In this document: piece after piece, positions 24,120 through 33,242 of the stretch | Numbering within the stretch: the stretch's first letter is position 1 | Layout of the letters: each line of letters starts with the position of its first letter | Assembly: GCA_964552115.1 (NCBI GenBank) | Contig: CAZKGF010000002.1 | Coordinates: forward strand, 535-35,268 | Source of the DNA: an uncultured Halobacteriales archaeon | GTDB taxonomy: Archaea; Halobacteriota; Halobacteria; Halobacteriales; Haloarculaceae | Length of the DNA: 34,734 nucleotides | Reading direction: 5' to 3' | The notes under the pieces: model-generated | The model's database searches: none | What the model was told of the DNA's origin: nothing | Seen by the model: the letters and a program-made list of their open reading frames with translations, nothing else | Translations under genes and position numbers: made by a program

Positions 24120-24950
24120 ATGTACGGCGTCGTTACCCGGAATGAACCGGAGCTCGACTGGCCCGAGTTTGATATCGCTTTTTTCGAGCAAAAAGACGTG
24201 ACCGGACGCGCAGCCGAACCCGTAGCGAGAGGGATCAATATGATATCCTGTTTTGGAGACAATGCAGCCGTCGAGGGCGATTCGACACTGGCCGCAATCA
24301 ACGAGGCTGGCGAACCCGCCACGCGCGATCGGCCGTATTTCGATTGGGATTACGTCTGTCCCACCCACGAGGGGTATCGCGCCGGGCTCATGGAGATGAT
24401 CGACGACGCTATCGCCGTCAGAGAGGACCTTCGATTGGATGACGTCGGTTTCCCGCGCGGCGAGTATTGTCACTGCCAGCGGTGTGAGGACAGATTCGCC
24501 GCCAGTGACTACGAAGACCGGAGCGCGTGGCGAAGCGGGATCGTGACGGAGTTCGTCTCGACCGTTCGTGAGCGCGTCCCTGGCCGTCTCTATCTCACGC
24601 TCTACCCCGATCCTTATCCAGGGCACCTCTACGATCGAACCGGCGTCGATATCGAGGAGTTGTCCCAATACGTCGACGAGTTCGTCGTTCCACTCTACGA
24701 CCGTGCCTACGCGACCACGTACTGGCTGGAGATCATCGCCAGTGGATTCGCTGACCGAGTCGAAACCCCGCTTTCGATCGAACTCTACGCAGTCGATGCA
24801 GACGTCGATGTCGACAGCCTCATCCACGCCGTTGAGGTCGCCGAAGCATACGCCGACACGGTATTACTGGGCTACGACGCGAGTAATGCCCGGGCGGCAC
24901 TTCGGCGGTACCGCGCAGAAGACCGTGAAGGCACGACCCACGGCGGTTAG
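24120..24950 (+). CDS. conserved-looking hypothetical protein with Cys cluster (CPTH ... CHCQRC); possibly a glycoside-hydrolase-like TIM barrel
   Basis: Acidic, well-behaved composition over about 275 codons. ATG at 24120 (MYGVVTRNEPELDW...). An alternative in-frame ATG lies at 24081. The fold guess is a weak impression only. Confidence 0.6.
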   Translation: MYGVVTRNEPELDWPEFDIAFFEQKDVTGRAAEPVARGINMISCFGDNAAVEGDSTLAAINEAGEPATRDRPYFDWDYVCPTHEGYRAGLMEMIDDAIAVREDLRLDDVGFPRGEYCHCQRCEDRFAASDYEDRSAWRSGIVTEFVSTVRERVPGRLYLTLYPDPYPGHLYDRTGVDIEELSQYVDEFVVPLYDRAYATTYWLEIIASGFADRVETPLSIELYAVDADVDVDSLIHAVEVAEAYADTVLLGYDASNARAALRRYRAEDREGTTHGG

Positions 24951-25507
24951 TCGAACCGCGTTGTGCGCCAAGCCAGTAGCTCGTCACGGTCACGCGTGTC
25001 TGGGGGGAGTTCCTCGAACCATCGTGCATCGGAGATTTCGTCGTCCGGATCGCAGACCGACAGCTCAGTCTCGATAGCACGCGCCTCAAAGACGGGCAGT
25101 ACGCCCCATGTCGTGTGATCTCCGTTGCGGAACCGAATCCGACCGAGCAATCCGAGATCCCCGAATTCGGCGCTAATACCGGCTTCTTCGGCTAATTCCC
25201 GCTGGGCGGCAGTCCGGAACGATTCGTCTGGTCCGGCCTCACCCCCCGGAAGTACCCAGCAGTCGACGCCCTCGTGACGGACGAGCACTAGTTCGCCCGA
25301 TTCCCTGTACGTGACAGCGTGGGCACCGTAGGGTGCTCCGTTGTCGCGGATCCGATCTGCGACAGTTCGAAACCGGCGGCGGGAGACGTGTTTCGTCGTC
25401 TCGAAGGTGTGTGCGGGGTCGTATTGTTCGCGCAGGCGATGGACGGTCTGTTCGGCCTGCTGACGGGCTTCATCGGCCTTGAACCACAGTTCGTCGACGG
25501 TGGTCAT
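24947..25507 (-). CDS. NUDIX hydrolase
   Basis: Nudix box GGEAGPDESFRTAAQRELAEEAGI. 186 aa, ATG confirmed. Confidence 0.88.
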   Translation of the reverse strand: MTTVDELWFKADEARQQAEQTVHRLREQYDPAHTFETTKHVSRRRFRTVADRIRDNGAPYGAHAVTYRESGELVLVRHEGVDCWVLPGGEAGPDESFRTAAQRELAEEAGISAEFGDLGLLGRIRFRNGDHTTWGVLPVFEARAIETELSVCDPDDEISDARWFEELPPDTRDRDELLAWRTTRFD

Positions 25508-25659
25508 CAGCGTTCGAGCAAACCATCTGAACTGGTTGGATGCCGATCCCTAGTTGTAGTCCTCATTGGCTGGCCGTGGGTCGCCCCATAGCATAAGTCT
25601 TCGACCCGGTGACTGACGGAATCAGTCCACTTTTGATGGGCCGTCGAGTATCTCCCCCT

Positions 25660-25842
25660 ATGACCTTCGACGAGGACGAGAGCGTCGTCCTACACGACAA
25701 ACATAGCGAGTTCGACGGCCAAGTCGGCACAGTCACGCAGGTGATGGAGACGATGTTCGGGGATGCGACCTACACTGTTAGTTTCGAGGACGGCCGGGAA
25801 CAGGGCGTGCCCGAAGACAACCTCGAAGCGGCCGAGGAATAG
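25660..25842 (+). CDS. small acidic hypothetical protein (60 aa)
   Basis: MTFDEDESVVLHDKHSEFDGQVGTVTQVMETMFGDATYTVSFEDGREQGVPEDNLEAAEE has a beta-rich, KOW/SH3-like feel. ATG at 25660, with alternatives at ATG 25636 and GTG 25609. Confidence 0.55.
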   Translation: MTFDEDESVVLHDKHSEFDGQVGTVTQVMETMFGDATYTVSFEDGREQGVPEDNLEAAEE

Positions 25843-25851
25843 GCGAGGCGG

Positions 25852-26283
25852 ATGGCCGCGGTTCCGTTCCACTACGTCGAAATCCGTGCCTTTGCCTACG
25901 CGACAGAGGCGGACGAAGCTGTCGAACGAGCCCTTCGCACGTTCGTCCCCGACGAAATCGAGTTGAATGGAGCGGTATCTGAAGGCCACCACGGTGATCC
26001 GATCCTCGTCCTCTCCGCACGCATCGAGACGGCGGACGAACTCAGAGCGGTCCTCGAGCAACTTTCCTCGTTGCCAGATCCGGACCACGATCGCATTCTC
26101 AACGAACTCGACGAACGCGTCGACGAGGACTGCAATCTCTTCGTTCGACTCGACAAACAGGCGGCAGCGCGGGGGGAGGTTGCCCTGGGCGAGGGGATTA
26201 CCCTCCGGGCCAAGGTCGAGGCGTACCCCGCCAAACAACCGACTGCCGTCGAAAACGCTCGAGCTGCCTTGGAGGCCCAGTGA
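25852..26283 (+). CDS. RNA-binding protein of the archaeal exosome-superoperon family (COG1931 / DUF54-like)
   Basis: 143 aa. Position immediately upstream of, and overlapping, the Rpp30 gene, as in the conserved archaeal superoperon. VEIRAFAYATEADEAV... is consistent with my memory of that family. Confidence 0.65.
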   Translation: MAAVPFHYVEIRAFAYATEADEAVERALRTFVPDEIELNGAVSEGHHGDPILVLSARIETADELRAVLEQLSSLPDPDHDRILNELDERVDEDCNLFVRLDKQAAARGEVALGEGITLRAKVEAYPAKQPTAVENARAALEAQ

Positions 26284-26993
26284 TGTACGCCGCTATTCAT
26301 GCCTATCCCGACGGGTCGTCGACCGTCGCTCGGATGGCCCATACCGCTGCAGAGTACGGGTACGGCGGAATCGTCGTTCGGAACCACGGAACCGACCAGG
26401 CGACTTACGATCCTGAACGGATTGCTTCGACGTACGACATCGATGTCGTGGCCTGTATCGAGGTGCGGACCGATGACCCGGCCCAGGCCAGCGGCTACGT
26501 TGGAAACTACCGCGAACAACGGACGATTGTCGCTGTCCATGGTGGCACTCCGGCGCTCAATCGCTTCGCAGTCGAACAACCGGCGGTCGACGTCTTGGCA
26601 CACCCCCTCTCCGGGGACCACGAACTCGACCACGTCCTCGTCAAGACGGCAGCGGAAAACGGGGTTCGACTGGAAGTGAATCTCCGAGATATCTTACACC
26701 AGACAGGCGGCACTCGTGTCCGCACAATCGAAGCGCTGCAACGTCTCAGGCGGCTGCTCGTGGAGTACGACACACCGTTCGTCGTCAGTTGTGATTCGCG
26801 GTCTCACCTCGAGCTGCGAGCTCCACGGGATCTGATCGGCGTGGGCGAGCAATTGGGGTTCGATGCCCAGTCGATCCGGGATGGCCTTACCGAGTGGGCT
26901 ACGTTGGCCGAGCGAAACCGAGACCGGATGGATGCTGCGTATCTTGGGCCAGGCTTACGCCGGGTCGACGGGACTGACGACGACTCTTCGTAG
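26283..26993 (+). CDS. rnp3: ribonuclease P protein component 3 (Rpp30)
   Basis: MYAAIHAYPDGSSTV...YGYGGIVVRNH... has PHP/TIM-like features, with DVLAHP and FVVSCDSRS. The ATG at 26283 shares one nt with the preceding TGA (TGATG). Confidence 0.8.
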   Translation: MYAAIHAYPDGSSTVARMAHTAAEYGYGGIVVRNHGTDQATYDPERIASTYDIDVVACIEVRTDDPAQASGYVGNYREQRTIVAVHGGTPALNRFAVEQPAVDVLAHPLSGDHELDHVLVKTAAENGVRLEVNLRDILHQTGGTRVRTIEALQRLRRLLVEYDTPFVVSCDSRSHLELRAPRDLIGVGEQLGFDAQSIRDGLTEWATLAERNRDRMDAAYLGPGLRRVDGTDDDSS

Positions 26994-27012
26994 GCTGCCT
27001 GCACTGTGTCTC

Positions 27013-27297
27013 TTAGGGTTCGGCGTGGTTCGAACGAACTGACTTGACCCAGCCTGTAACGCCGAAGGCCCGGAGCCCGTACCAGAGGTACAGGAGGACT
27101 GCCGGGACCACCAACAACACGGTGGTTACGATCGCGTTATCCATGTTGCCTTGCGAGGAATGGATCCACGCGACCTGCAACCAGAAGATCGACCACGCGA
27201 TGACGCCGACGAGGGCAGCGACACCAAATACGATCGTCCCGAGCGAGGGGACCGACCACTTCGAGTCGGTCTCGGTGTCGGATGCTGTCCCGCTCAT
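27013..27297 (-). CDS. small two-span membrane protein (94 aa)
   Basis: Only the last 94 codons of the 270-aa track ORF look real: MSGTASDTETDSKWSVPSLGTIVFGVAALVGVIAWSIFWL...VTTVLLVVPAVLLYLWYGL. ATG at 27297..27295. Confidence 0.55.
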   Translation of the reverse strand: MSGTASDTETDSKWSVPSLGTIVFGVAALVGVIAWSIFWLQVAWIHSSQGNMDNAIVTTVLLVVPAVLLYLWYGLRAFGVTGWVKSVRSNHAEP

Positions 27298-27382
27298 GCC
27301 CAATCGTGCAGTCTGCCACCGGTATAAAACCCCCTGCCCGGTGAGCGTGTGCTTCTTGGCCAACCGGCTAGTACACCCCACA

Positions 27383-28003
27383 ATGAAACGCACCTTGGAC
27401 GACCATGCAGCCAGATTCGACGAGTTGGCCGAGGAGTACGATAGCCACGACAGTGACGAGTATGCAGCCGCCGTTTCACTGGTCGTCGAACACGCCGCGC
27501 CCGGGCGGACGGACGTGGTGGTCGACCTGGGAACCGGGACAGGGGCGATCGCACTTCCGTTGGCCACCACGGCCAGCCGGGTGTTGGGTCGAGATATCAG
27601 TTCGGAGATGTTGGAACGAGCGCGGGAGAAGGCGGCCAACCGTGGACTCCATTCGGTCTCCTTCGATGAAGGGCGATTCCGGGCTCCGAATCTCCCCCCA
27701 GGAGTCGACGTCGACATCGTTACGTCGAATTTCGCCCTCCACCACCTGACTGATACCGCCAAACGCGAGGCAATCCACGTTGTCGCCGGATTGAGTCCCA
27801 GACGGATCGTCCTCGGCGACGTCATGTTGTTTGGCGAAGCCGATCCGTCCGAACCGTTCTACAGCCCCGATGTCGACGATCCGGCGACTGTCGGCGTGCT
27901 CGTCGACGCACTAACGGACGCCGGATATGCGGTAGTGGCTGTCGAACGGATTCACGAACAGGTCGGCGTTCTCGTCGCTGAACCGTGGGAGGGCTCGCAG
28001 TGA
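27383..28003 (+). CDS. class I SAM-dependent methyltransferase
   Basis: Motif I VVDLGTGTGAIALPLA, then post-I GRDIS and IVTSNFALHHL. ATG at 27383 (MKRTLDDHAARFDELAEEYD). Confidence 0.85.
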   Translation: MKRTLDDHAARFDELAEEYDSHDSDEYAAAVSLVVEHAAPGRTDVVVDLGTGTGAIALPLATTASRVLGRDISSEMLERAREKAANRGLHSVSFDEGRFRAPNLPPGVDVDIVTSNFALHHLTDTAKREAIHVVAGLSPRRIVLGDVMLFGEADPSEPFYSPDVDDPATVGVLVDALTDAGYAVVAVERIHEQVGVLVAEPWEGSQ

Positions 28004-28482
28004 CGCCGGCGCTTCCCAAACACCTCCGCCAGCGCAGGCGGTATCTCGCCGTACACTTAGAGACGTGGCCAGACACCGACCTCGAACGGACAGAGTTCCA
28101 ACGAGCAGTGTGGACGGCTGCCCGAACGCTCTGTGGAGATATTGGTAGTGCCGCAGTCGATCTGTCGGTCCAACGATTTACGCATTCTGACGGGACGGGT
28201 CACGCCATCCTCCGGATCCGACGGGGCGAAGCGGACCGGGCTCGCGCAGTGCTCGCCTGTCTTCCCTCGATCGATGGGGACGCACTCGGCCTTCGTGTGG
28301 CCGGTTCGAGCGGTACGATCCGGGCCTGTTCGGAAAAGTATATAGGACGCGAACCGGAACAAATCGCCCAGAGAAAGGTCGCGTTCGAGGGCGCCGAACG
28401 GTCAGCTGTTGTGCGGCAGGGCAGAGTGGATGTCCAGTCTGACGGCGCGTTCGTCGGCGCGACGGACCTCGATTTCGAGTAA
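28000..28482 (+). CDS. rnp2: ribonuclease P protein component 2 (Pop5)
   Basis: LPKHLRQRRRYLAV at the N-terminus is the typical Pop5 signature. GTG at 28000 overlaps the methyltransferase TGA (GTGA). An alternative GTG lies at 27985. Confidence 0.8.
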   Translation: MTPALPKHLRQRRRYLAVHLETWPDTDLERTEFQRAVWTAARTLCGDIGSAAVDLSVQRFTHSDGTGHAILRIRRGEADRARAVLACLPSIDGDALGLRVAGSSGTIRACSEKYIGREPEQIAQRKVAFEGAERSAVVRQGRVDVQSDGAFVGATDLDFE

Positions 28483-28484
28483 CT

Positions 28485-29237
28485 ATGCAGGGACAAAGCC
28501 AACAGCAGGCATACGACCGTGGGATTACGATCTTCTCGCCTGACGGCCGCCTCTATCAGGTTGAATACGCCCGTGAGGCCGTCAAGCGCGGAACCGCCAG
28601 TATTGGTGTTCGAACGAGTGATGGAGTGGTCCTCGTCGTCGACAAACGGATCCGGTCGCCACTCATGGAGCGCTCGAGTGTCGAGAAGATCCACAAGGCG
28701 GACGATCACATCGGGATCGCCTCCGCGGGCCACGTGGCCGATGCCCGCCAGTTGATCGACTTCGCACGTCGCCGGGCTCAGATCAACCAACTCCGATACG
28801 ACGAGCCGATCGGCGTCGAGACGCTGACCAAGGAAGTCACCGACTACATCCAACAGTACACGCAGGTGGGTGGCGCTCGGCCGTTCGGTGTCGCCCTGAT
28901 CATCGCTGGCATCGCCGATGGTCAACCCAGGTTGTACGAGACCGATCCCTCCGGGACGCCATACGAATGGAAGGCACTGGCGGTGGGTGCTGATCGCGGC
29001 GATATCCGGGAGTATCTCGAGGAACACTACGACGAGTCGGCAGATCTGGACGGCGGAATTGAACTGGCCTTGGGAGCGTTGGCCTCGGTCAGTGAGGAAG
29101 CGCTGACGCCTGAGGGAATCGGCCTCGCAACCATCAGTGTCGAAGACGAGACGTTCCGGCAACTTGACGAGGCGGACAAGCGCGACTATCTCGAGGAGTT
29201 CGACCTCCTTGCGGGCGACGAAAACGGCGAAGACTAA
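28485..29237 (+). CDS. psmA: proteasome subunit alpha
   Basis: YDRGITIFSPDGRLYQVEYAREAVKRG is the hallmark alpha-subunit N-terminus. 250 aa. Starts 2 nt after the Pop5 stop. Confidence 0.95.
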   Translation: MQGQSQQQAYDRGITIFSPDGRLYQVEYAREAVKRGTASIGVRTSDGVVLVVDKRIRSPLMERSSVEKIHKADDHIGIASAGHVADARQLIDFARRRAQINQLRYDEPIGVETLTKEVTDYIQQYTQVGGARPFGVALIIAGIADGQPRLYETDPSGTPYEWKALAVGADRGDIREYLEEHYDESADLDGGIELALGALASVSEEALTPEGIGLATISVEDETFRQLDEADKRDYLEEFDLLAGDENGED

Positions 29238-29290
29238 CGGTTCACCGTCCGACGGGAATGCATTTTACCCGGGGGGTCTAACCGATCGGT

Positions 29291-30016
29291 ATGATATCAC
29301 TCGACGAGGCCGTGACTGCTAGATTGGAGTCCCACGGCCAACGTTTCGAGGTCCTCGTCGATCCCGATGCCGCCCTCGCGATCAAACGCGGCGAGTTCGA
29401 GGGTGACCTCGAGGATGTCATCGCGGCAGAAGACGTCTTCGAGGACGCCTCACGTGGAGATCGACCACCTGAAGATTCCCTCGAAGAGGTGTTCGGGACG
29501 ACGGATCCACTGGAGATCATTCCCGAGGTTATCCAGGAAGGGGAAATCCAGATCACGGCCGAGCAGCGCCGCGAAATGCAGGAACAGAAACGAAAGCAGC
29601 TCATCAACCGGATTACCCGAAATGCGGTCAACCCGCAGATGGACGACGCGCCCCACCCCCCGGATCGAATCGAGACTGCACTCGAGGAGGCAGGCTTCAA
29701 AGTCGATCCGATGGAACCGGTGGAGAATCAGATCGACGAGGCTCTCGACCAACTCCGACCGATCATCCCGATTCGGTTCGACGAAATGACCGTGGCCGTC
29801 AGAGTTCCCGCCGAACACGCTGGATCGGCACAGGCGAAAATTCGTGGATTCGGCGACCTCGAACGCGAAGAATGGCAGAATGACGGGTCCTGGGTAGGTG
29901 TCATCAGGTTCCCCGCGGGCATGCAGAACGACTTCTACGATCTAGTCAATGAACACACCAGCGGCGAGGCAGAAACCCGGATCATCGAAGACGAAGACGA
30001 AATCTCGACCCGGTAG
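29291..30016 (+). CDS. SBDS-family ribosome maturation protein (Sdo1)
   Basis: ARLESHGQRFEVLVDPDAALAIKRG (FYSH domain), and conserved superoperon position after psmA. 241 aa. Confidence 0.88.
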   Translation: MISLDEAVTARLESHGQRFEVLVDPDAALAIKRGEFEGDLEDVIAAEDVFEDASRGDRPPEDSLEEVFGTTDPLEIIPEVIQEGEIQITAEQRREMQEQKRKQLINRITRNAVNPQMDDAPHPPDRIETALEEAGFKVDPMEPVENQIDEALDQLRPIIPIRFDEMTVAVRVPAEHAGSAQAKIRGFGDLEREEWQNDGSWVGVIRFPAGMQNDFYDLVNEHTSGEAETRIIEDEDEISTR

Positions 30017-30026
30017 TGTGGCCGGA

Positions 30027-30341
30027 TCAGGCCCGCTTGAAGCCGAGCACGAAGCCACCAGCGAAGCCAGCACCGATACCTGCTGTCGAAATGAACGTGG
30101 TGGCCAGCGACTGAGCCTGGCCGGGTGCATCACTCGCGAGGCCTTCGAAGGCGCCGCCGAGTTTCCCCCAATTAACGACGAGAATCCCCTGTGACTCCAG
30201 GAATTTGAACAGGACCAACTGAAGACCGACAATGATGGCAATCACCTTAGCGACCTTCTTGGCTGCAAAGCCGATGACCGCCCCCAGTAATGCACTACCG
30301 CCAATCTGAATCCCCAAACTCGTCGGATCTATTGCGACCAT
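30027..30341 (-). CDS. FUN14-family membrane protein
   Basis: Gly/Ala-rich spans GGSALLGAVIGFAAKKVAKV and AGIGAGFAGGFVLGFK. 104 aa, ATG confirmed. Confidence 0.65.
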   Translation of the reverse strand: MVAIDPTSLGIQIGGSALLGAVIGFAAKKVAKVIAIIVGLQLVLFKFLESQGILVVNWGKLGGAFEGLASDAPGQAQSLATTFISTAGIGAGFAGGFVLGFKRA

Positions 30342-30385
30342 GTCTGGCGGTCACGGTGGCCGGTTAAGTCGCTTGTGCCCGCGGG

Positions 30386-30395
30386 AATTTAAGTA
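30386..30395 (+). promoter_or_regulatory. TATA-like element of hflX
   Basis: AATTTAAGTA is centred about 29 nt upstream of the GTG start at 30420 (leaderless). Confidence 0.4.
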
Positions 30396-30419
30396 GGATC
30401 GGACCGTACGTGTGGCCGA

Positions 30420-31733
30420 GTGACGGAGCAAACCACTACACAGACCGTCGTGGTCAAACGGGTGGACGAGGGGAGTGCCGAGACCGCCGAGATACGAGAC
30501 CTTGCTCGAGCCGCAGGCTACGAGGTGGTCGCCGAGCACACCCAGACGCGGTCCGAAGATGCCGCATATCACATTGGTGAGGGTAAAGTGCAGACGGTGG
30601 CAGAATCGGTCCGGAACGAAGGCGCTACTGTCGTCGTGTTCGATAACGAACTGGGGCCGTACCAACGGTACAACGTCGGCACTGATCTGCCAGCCGGGAC
30701 CAGAGTCATGGACCGATTTCGGCTCATTCTCGAGATCTTCGGGCAACGCGCCCAGACGCGGAAGGCCCAACTGCAAGTCGAACTGGCAGAACTTCGGTAC
30801 GAACTGCCACGAGCCGAGGCCAAAGCGAGCCTGGCCCAGCGTGACGAACGGCCGGGGTTCATGGGACTGGGTGAATACGACGAGAGCCGCGAACAGGACA
30901 TCAAGGCCCAGATCTCTCGTATCCGTGACGACCTGGATGCGATCGAACAGACCGAGGAACACCGTCGTGAACAACGACGCGAATCGGGATTCGACTTGGT
31001 CGCCCTTGCCGGCTACACGAACGCCGGAAAGTCCTCATTACTTCGACGCCTCGCCACGGACCTGGATGTCGACATGAACAACGGCCGCCATCCGGACCTG
31101 GACACAACTGCGGCCTCCGAGGATCGGCTGTTTACGACCCTGGGGACAACGACACGAAAGGCCGCAATGGATCGTCGAGACGTGCTGGTGACGGACACTG
31201 TAGGCTTCATTTCCGATCTCCCACACTGGTTGGTCGAATCGTTCAAGTCCACCTTGGACGCCGTCTACCGCGCGGATTTAGTTTTGTTGGTTGTCGACGT
31301 CTCGGAATCGATCGAGGCAATCCGGGAAAAACTGGTGACGAGTCACGATACGTTGTACGAACGCAACGAAGCGCCGATCGTTACCGTATTGAACAAAGTC
31401 GACGCCGTCTCCGACGCAGAAGTCACACGCAAACGGGAAGCGCTGTCCGCCCTAGCCCCGAATCCGGTCTGCGTGAGCGCGACCGAAGGAACGAATCTCG
31501 ATGCGCTCCGCGAACGCATCCACCAGGAACTTCCACAGTTCGAACACGAACGCCTCGTGCTGCCGATGACGGAACAGACGATGAGTGTCGTCTCGTGGAT
31601 TCACGACAATGCGACCGTTCAGGGTGTCGACTACGGCGATCAGGTCGTCATCGAATTCGAGGCCCGGCCGGCCGTCGTTGAGCAATCAAGAGCCAAGGCA
31701 GGCGATCTGACCGGACAGAGCGCATCGGTTTGA
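30420..31733 (+). CDS. hflX: GTPase HflX
   Basis: HflX N-domain (LQVELAELRYELPR), G1 LAGYTNAGKSSLL, G3 DTVGF, G4 NKVD. Confidence 0.9.
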   Translation: MTEQTTTQTVVVKRVDEGSAETAEIRDLARAAGYEVVAEHTQTRSEDAAYHIGEGKVQTVAESVRNEGATVVVFDNELGPYQRYNVGTDLPAGTRVMDRFRLILEIFGQRAQTRKAQLQVELAELRYELPRAEAKASLAQRDERPGFMGLGEYDESREQDIKAQISRIRDDLDAIEQTEEHRREQRRESGFDLVALAGYTNAGKSSLLRRLATDLDVDMNNGRHPDLDTTAASEDRLFTTLGTTTRKAAMDRRDVLVTDTVGFISDLPHWLVESFKSTLDAVYRADLVLLVVDVSESIEAIREKLVTSHDTLYERNEAPIVTVLNKVDAVSDAEVTRKREALSALAPNPVCVSATEGTNLDALRERIHQELPQFEHERLVLPMTEQTMSVVSWIHDNATVQGVDYGDQVVIEFEARPAVVEQSRAKAGDLTGQSASV

Positions 31734-31783
31734 TCGGGAGCCGCGGGAGTGGTGCCCGTCCAGCCGGGCGGGTAAGGGGTAGA

Positions 31784-33211
31784 TCACCCCCAGATGACGG
31801 TCGGTATCGCATCGATAACGTCCGTCGCGACTAAGCCGTCTCCCCGATCGCCGTGGACGATGTCGCCTGCTTCTCCGGTGATATATGTTCCCATCGAACC
31901 GGCGTGGATGGGTGCCTGCGTGGCCAGAAGCGCCCCCGTCACCCCAGCCAACACGTCACCGGTGCCACCGACAGTCATGCCGGGATTTCCAGTCCGATTA
32001 ACCCGTGTAGTGTCGCCGTCGGAGACGATGTCGTAGGCCCCTTTGACTACAAGGGTCTGACCGAGATCGGCCGCAAACGACTCGACTAACTCCCGACGGG
32101 CTCTCCAGTCATCGGCCGTTTGCCCACCCATTTGGATCAGTTCGCCTTGGTGTGGCGTGCACACGAGCGTCGCGTCAGTCGAAAGATCCGGCACAATCTG
32201 AAGTGCGTCGGCGTCCACGACTGCTCGCCCCTCGTGACCAGAAAGAATCGCCTGGACAGCATCGAGGGTTGCCTCATCGTCGCCGAGACCCGGTCCGACG
32301 ACGATAGCGTCGTGACCTGCCGCGAGTTCTCTGAGCTGGTTTACGTGTTCGGGAGCGAGGATGTGGGCGTCGAACCGGCGGACGATGAGGTTTTCACTAT
32401 AGCCTTGAATCTCGTGAGAAACGCCGGCAGGACAGGCGACCCGGACCAGGTCTACCCCGGCACGGAGGGCGGCTTGTGCGGCTAATGCCGGCGCCCCGGC
32501 AAAGGGCCCACCGCCGATGATGAGAATTTCGCCGTGATCGCCTTTGTGACTCTCTGGGTCGCGATGAATTCGTTTGAGGTCGCCCGCGCCAGTGAACGTC
32601 TGGGCTGCATCGGGAATCCCGATGTCCGCGACCGTTACTGGCGCGTCGAGGGCCGCGAGGCCAGGTTTCGTGTCGTGAAACGTGACGACTCGGTCGGGAC
32701 TCACGGCATTGGCTACCATCTCACCGGACTGTGTATCGAGACCGGACGGGACATCAACGGAGATCACGGTTGCGTCACTCTCGTTCATGGCGCGTGCAGC
32801 GGAGGCTGCGGGCTCTCTGAGGGACCCGGCAATGCCGGTTCCCAGAATCGCGTCGACGAAGACCGCTGCATCACCCAGCTCGAGGTCGGTGGAATCTCGT
32901 ACTTCACGAGTCGGGATCTCTGCGGCGCCGAGTGCGTTCCAGTTTGCCCGCGCGATATCGGTGGTGATGGTCTCTGGTCGACCGAGGAGGACGACTCGTA
33001 CGTCGAATTCCTCGAGGAATCGTGCGGCAACGAATCCGTCACCGCCGTTGTTCCCCCGGCCGGCGACGATCGTTACTGTATCCCCTAGTGACGCAGAAGC
33101 TCGCACTTCGCGTGCGATCGCATTGCCACTCGACTCCATCAACTGCTTTTGAGAAATTCCCAGGTCCTCGGCGTTAGCGTCAACGACGGCCATCTCGGCG
33201 CCGGTAATCAT
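31784..33211 (-). CDS. nnr: bifunctional NAD(P)H-hydrate repair enzyme (epimerase / ADP-dependent dehydratase)
   Basis: YjeF_N part (VAGRGNNGGDGF) plus a carbohydrate-kinase part (IIGGGPFAGAPALAA..., GTGDVLAG). ATG at 33211..33209 (MITGAEMAVVD...). Confidence 0.9.
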   Translation of the reverse strand: MITGAEMAVVDANAEDLGISQKQLMESSGNAIAREVRASASLGDTVTIVAGRGNNGGDGFVAARFLEEFDVRVVLLGRPETITTDIARANWNALGAAEIPTREVRDSTDLELGDAAVFVDAILGTGIAGSLREPAASAARAMNESDATVISVDVPSGLDTQSGEMVANAVSPDRVVTFHDTKPGLAALDAPVTVADIGIPDAAQTFTGAGDLKRIHRDPESHKGDHGEILIIGGGPFAGAPALAAQAALRAGVDLVRVACPAGVSHEIQGYSENLIVRRFDAHILAPEHVNQLRELAAGHDAIVVGPGLGDDEATLDAVQAILSGHEGRAVVDADALQIVPDLSTDATLVCTPHQGELIQMGGQTADDWRARRELVESFAADLGQTLVVKGAYDIVSDGDTTRVNRTGNPGMTVGGTGDVLAGVTGALLATQAPIHAGSMGTYITGEAGDIVHGDRGDGLVATDVIDAIPTVIWG

Positions 33212-33242
33212 GGGCGACGATACATGACGCCCGCGAATAATT

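Noticed and set aside
23958-24827. 289-aa minus-strand ORF overlapping the 24120..24950 gene
   Set aside because: Its composition is less halophile-like, and it runs exactly antisense to a more acidic, better-behaved plus-strand ORF. It also extends into the ORF-poor spacer. I judge it an antisense shadow, although I cannot run a codon-bias test.
25690-26633. 182-aa and 245-aa minus-strand ORFs opposite the COG1931-like and Rpp30 genes
   Set aside because: They are Arg/Ser-rich antisense shadows. The plus-strand genes fit the conserved superoperon order.
28200-29162. 320-aa minus-strand ORF across the Pop5/PsmA genes
   Set aside because: The plus strand encodes an unmistakable proteasome alpha subunit and Pop5. 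The antisense product is Arg/Leu/Asp-rich with no motifs.
30351-30974. 207-aa minus-strand ORF overlapping the hflX 5' half
   Set aside because: It is antisense to a gene with complete GTPase G-motifs. No recognisable features.
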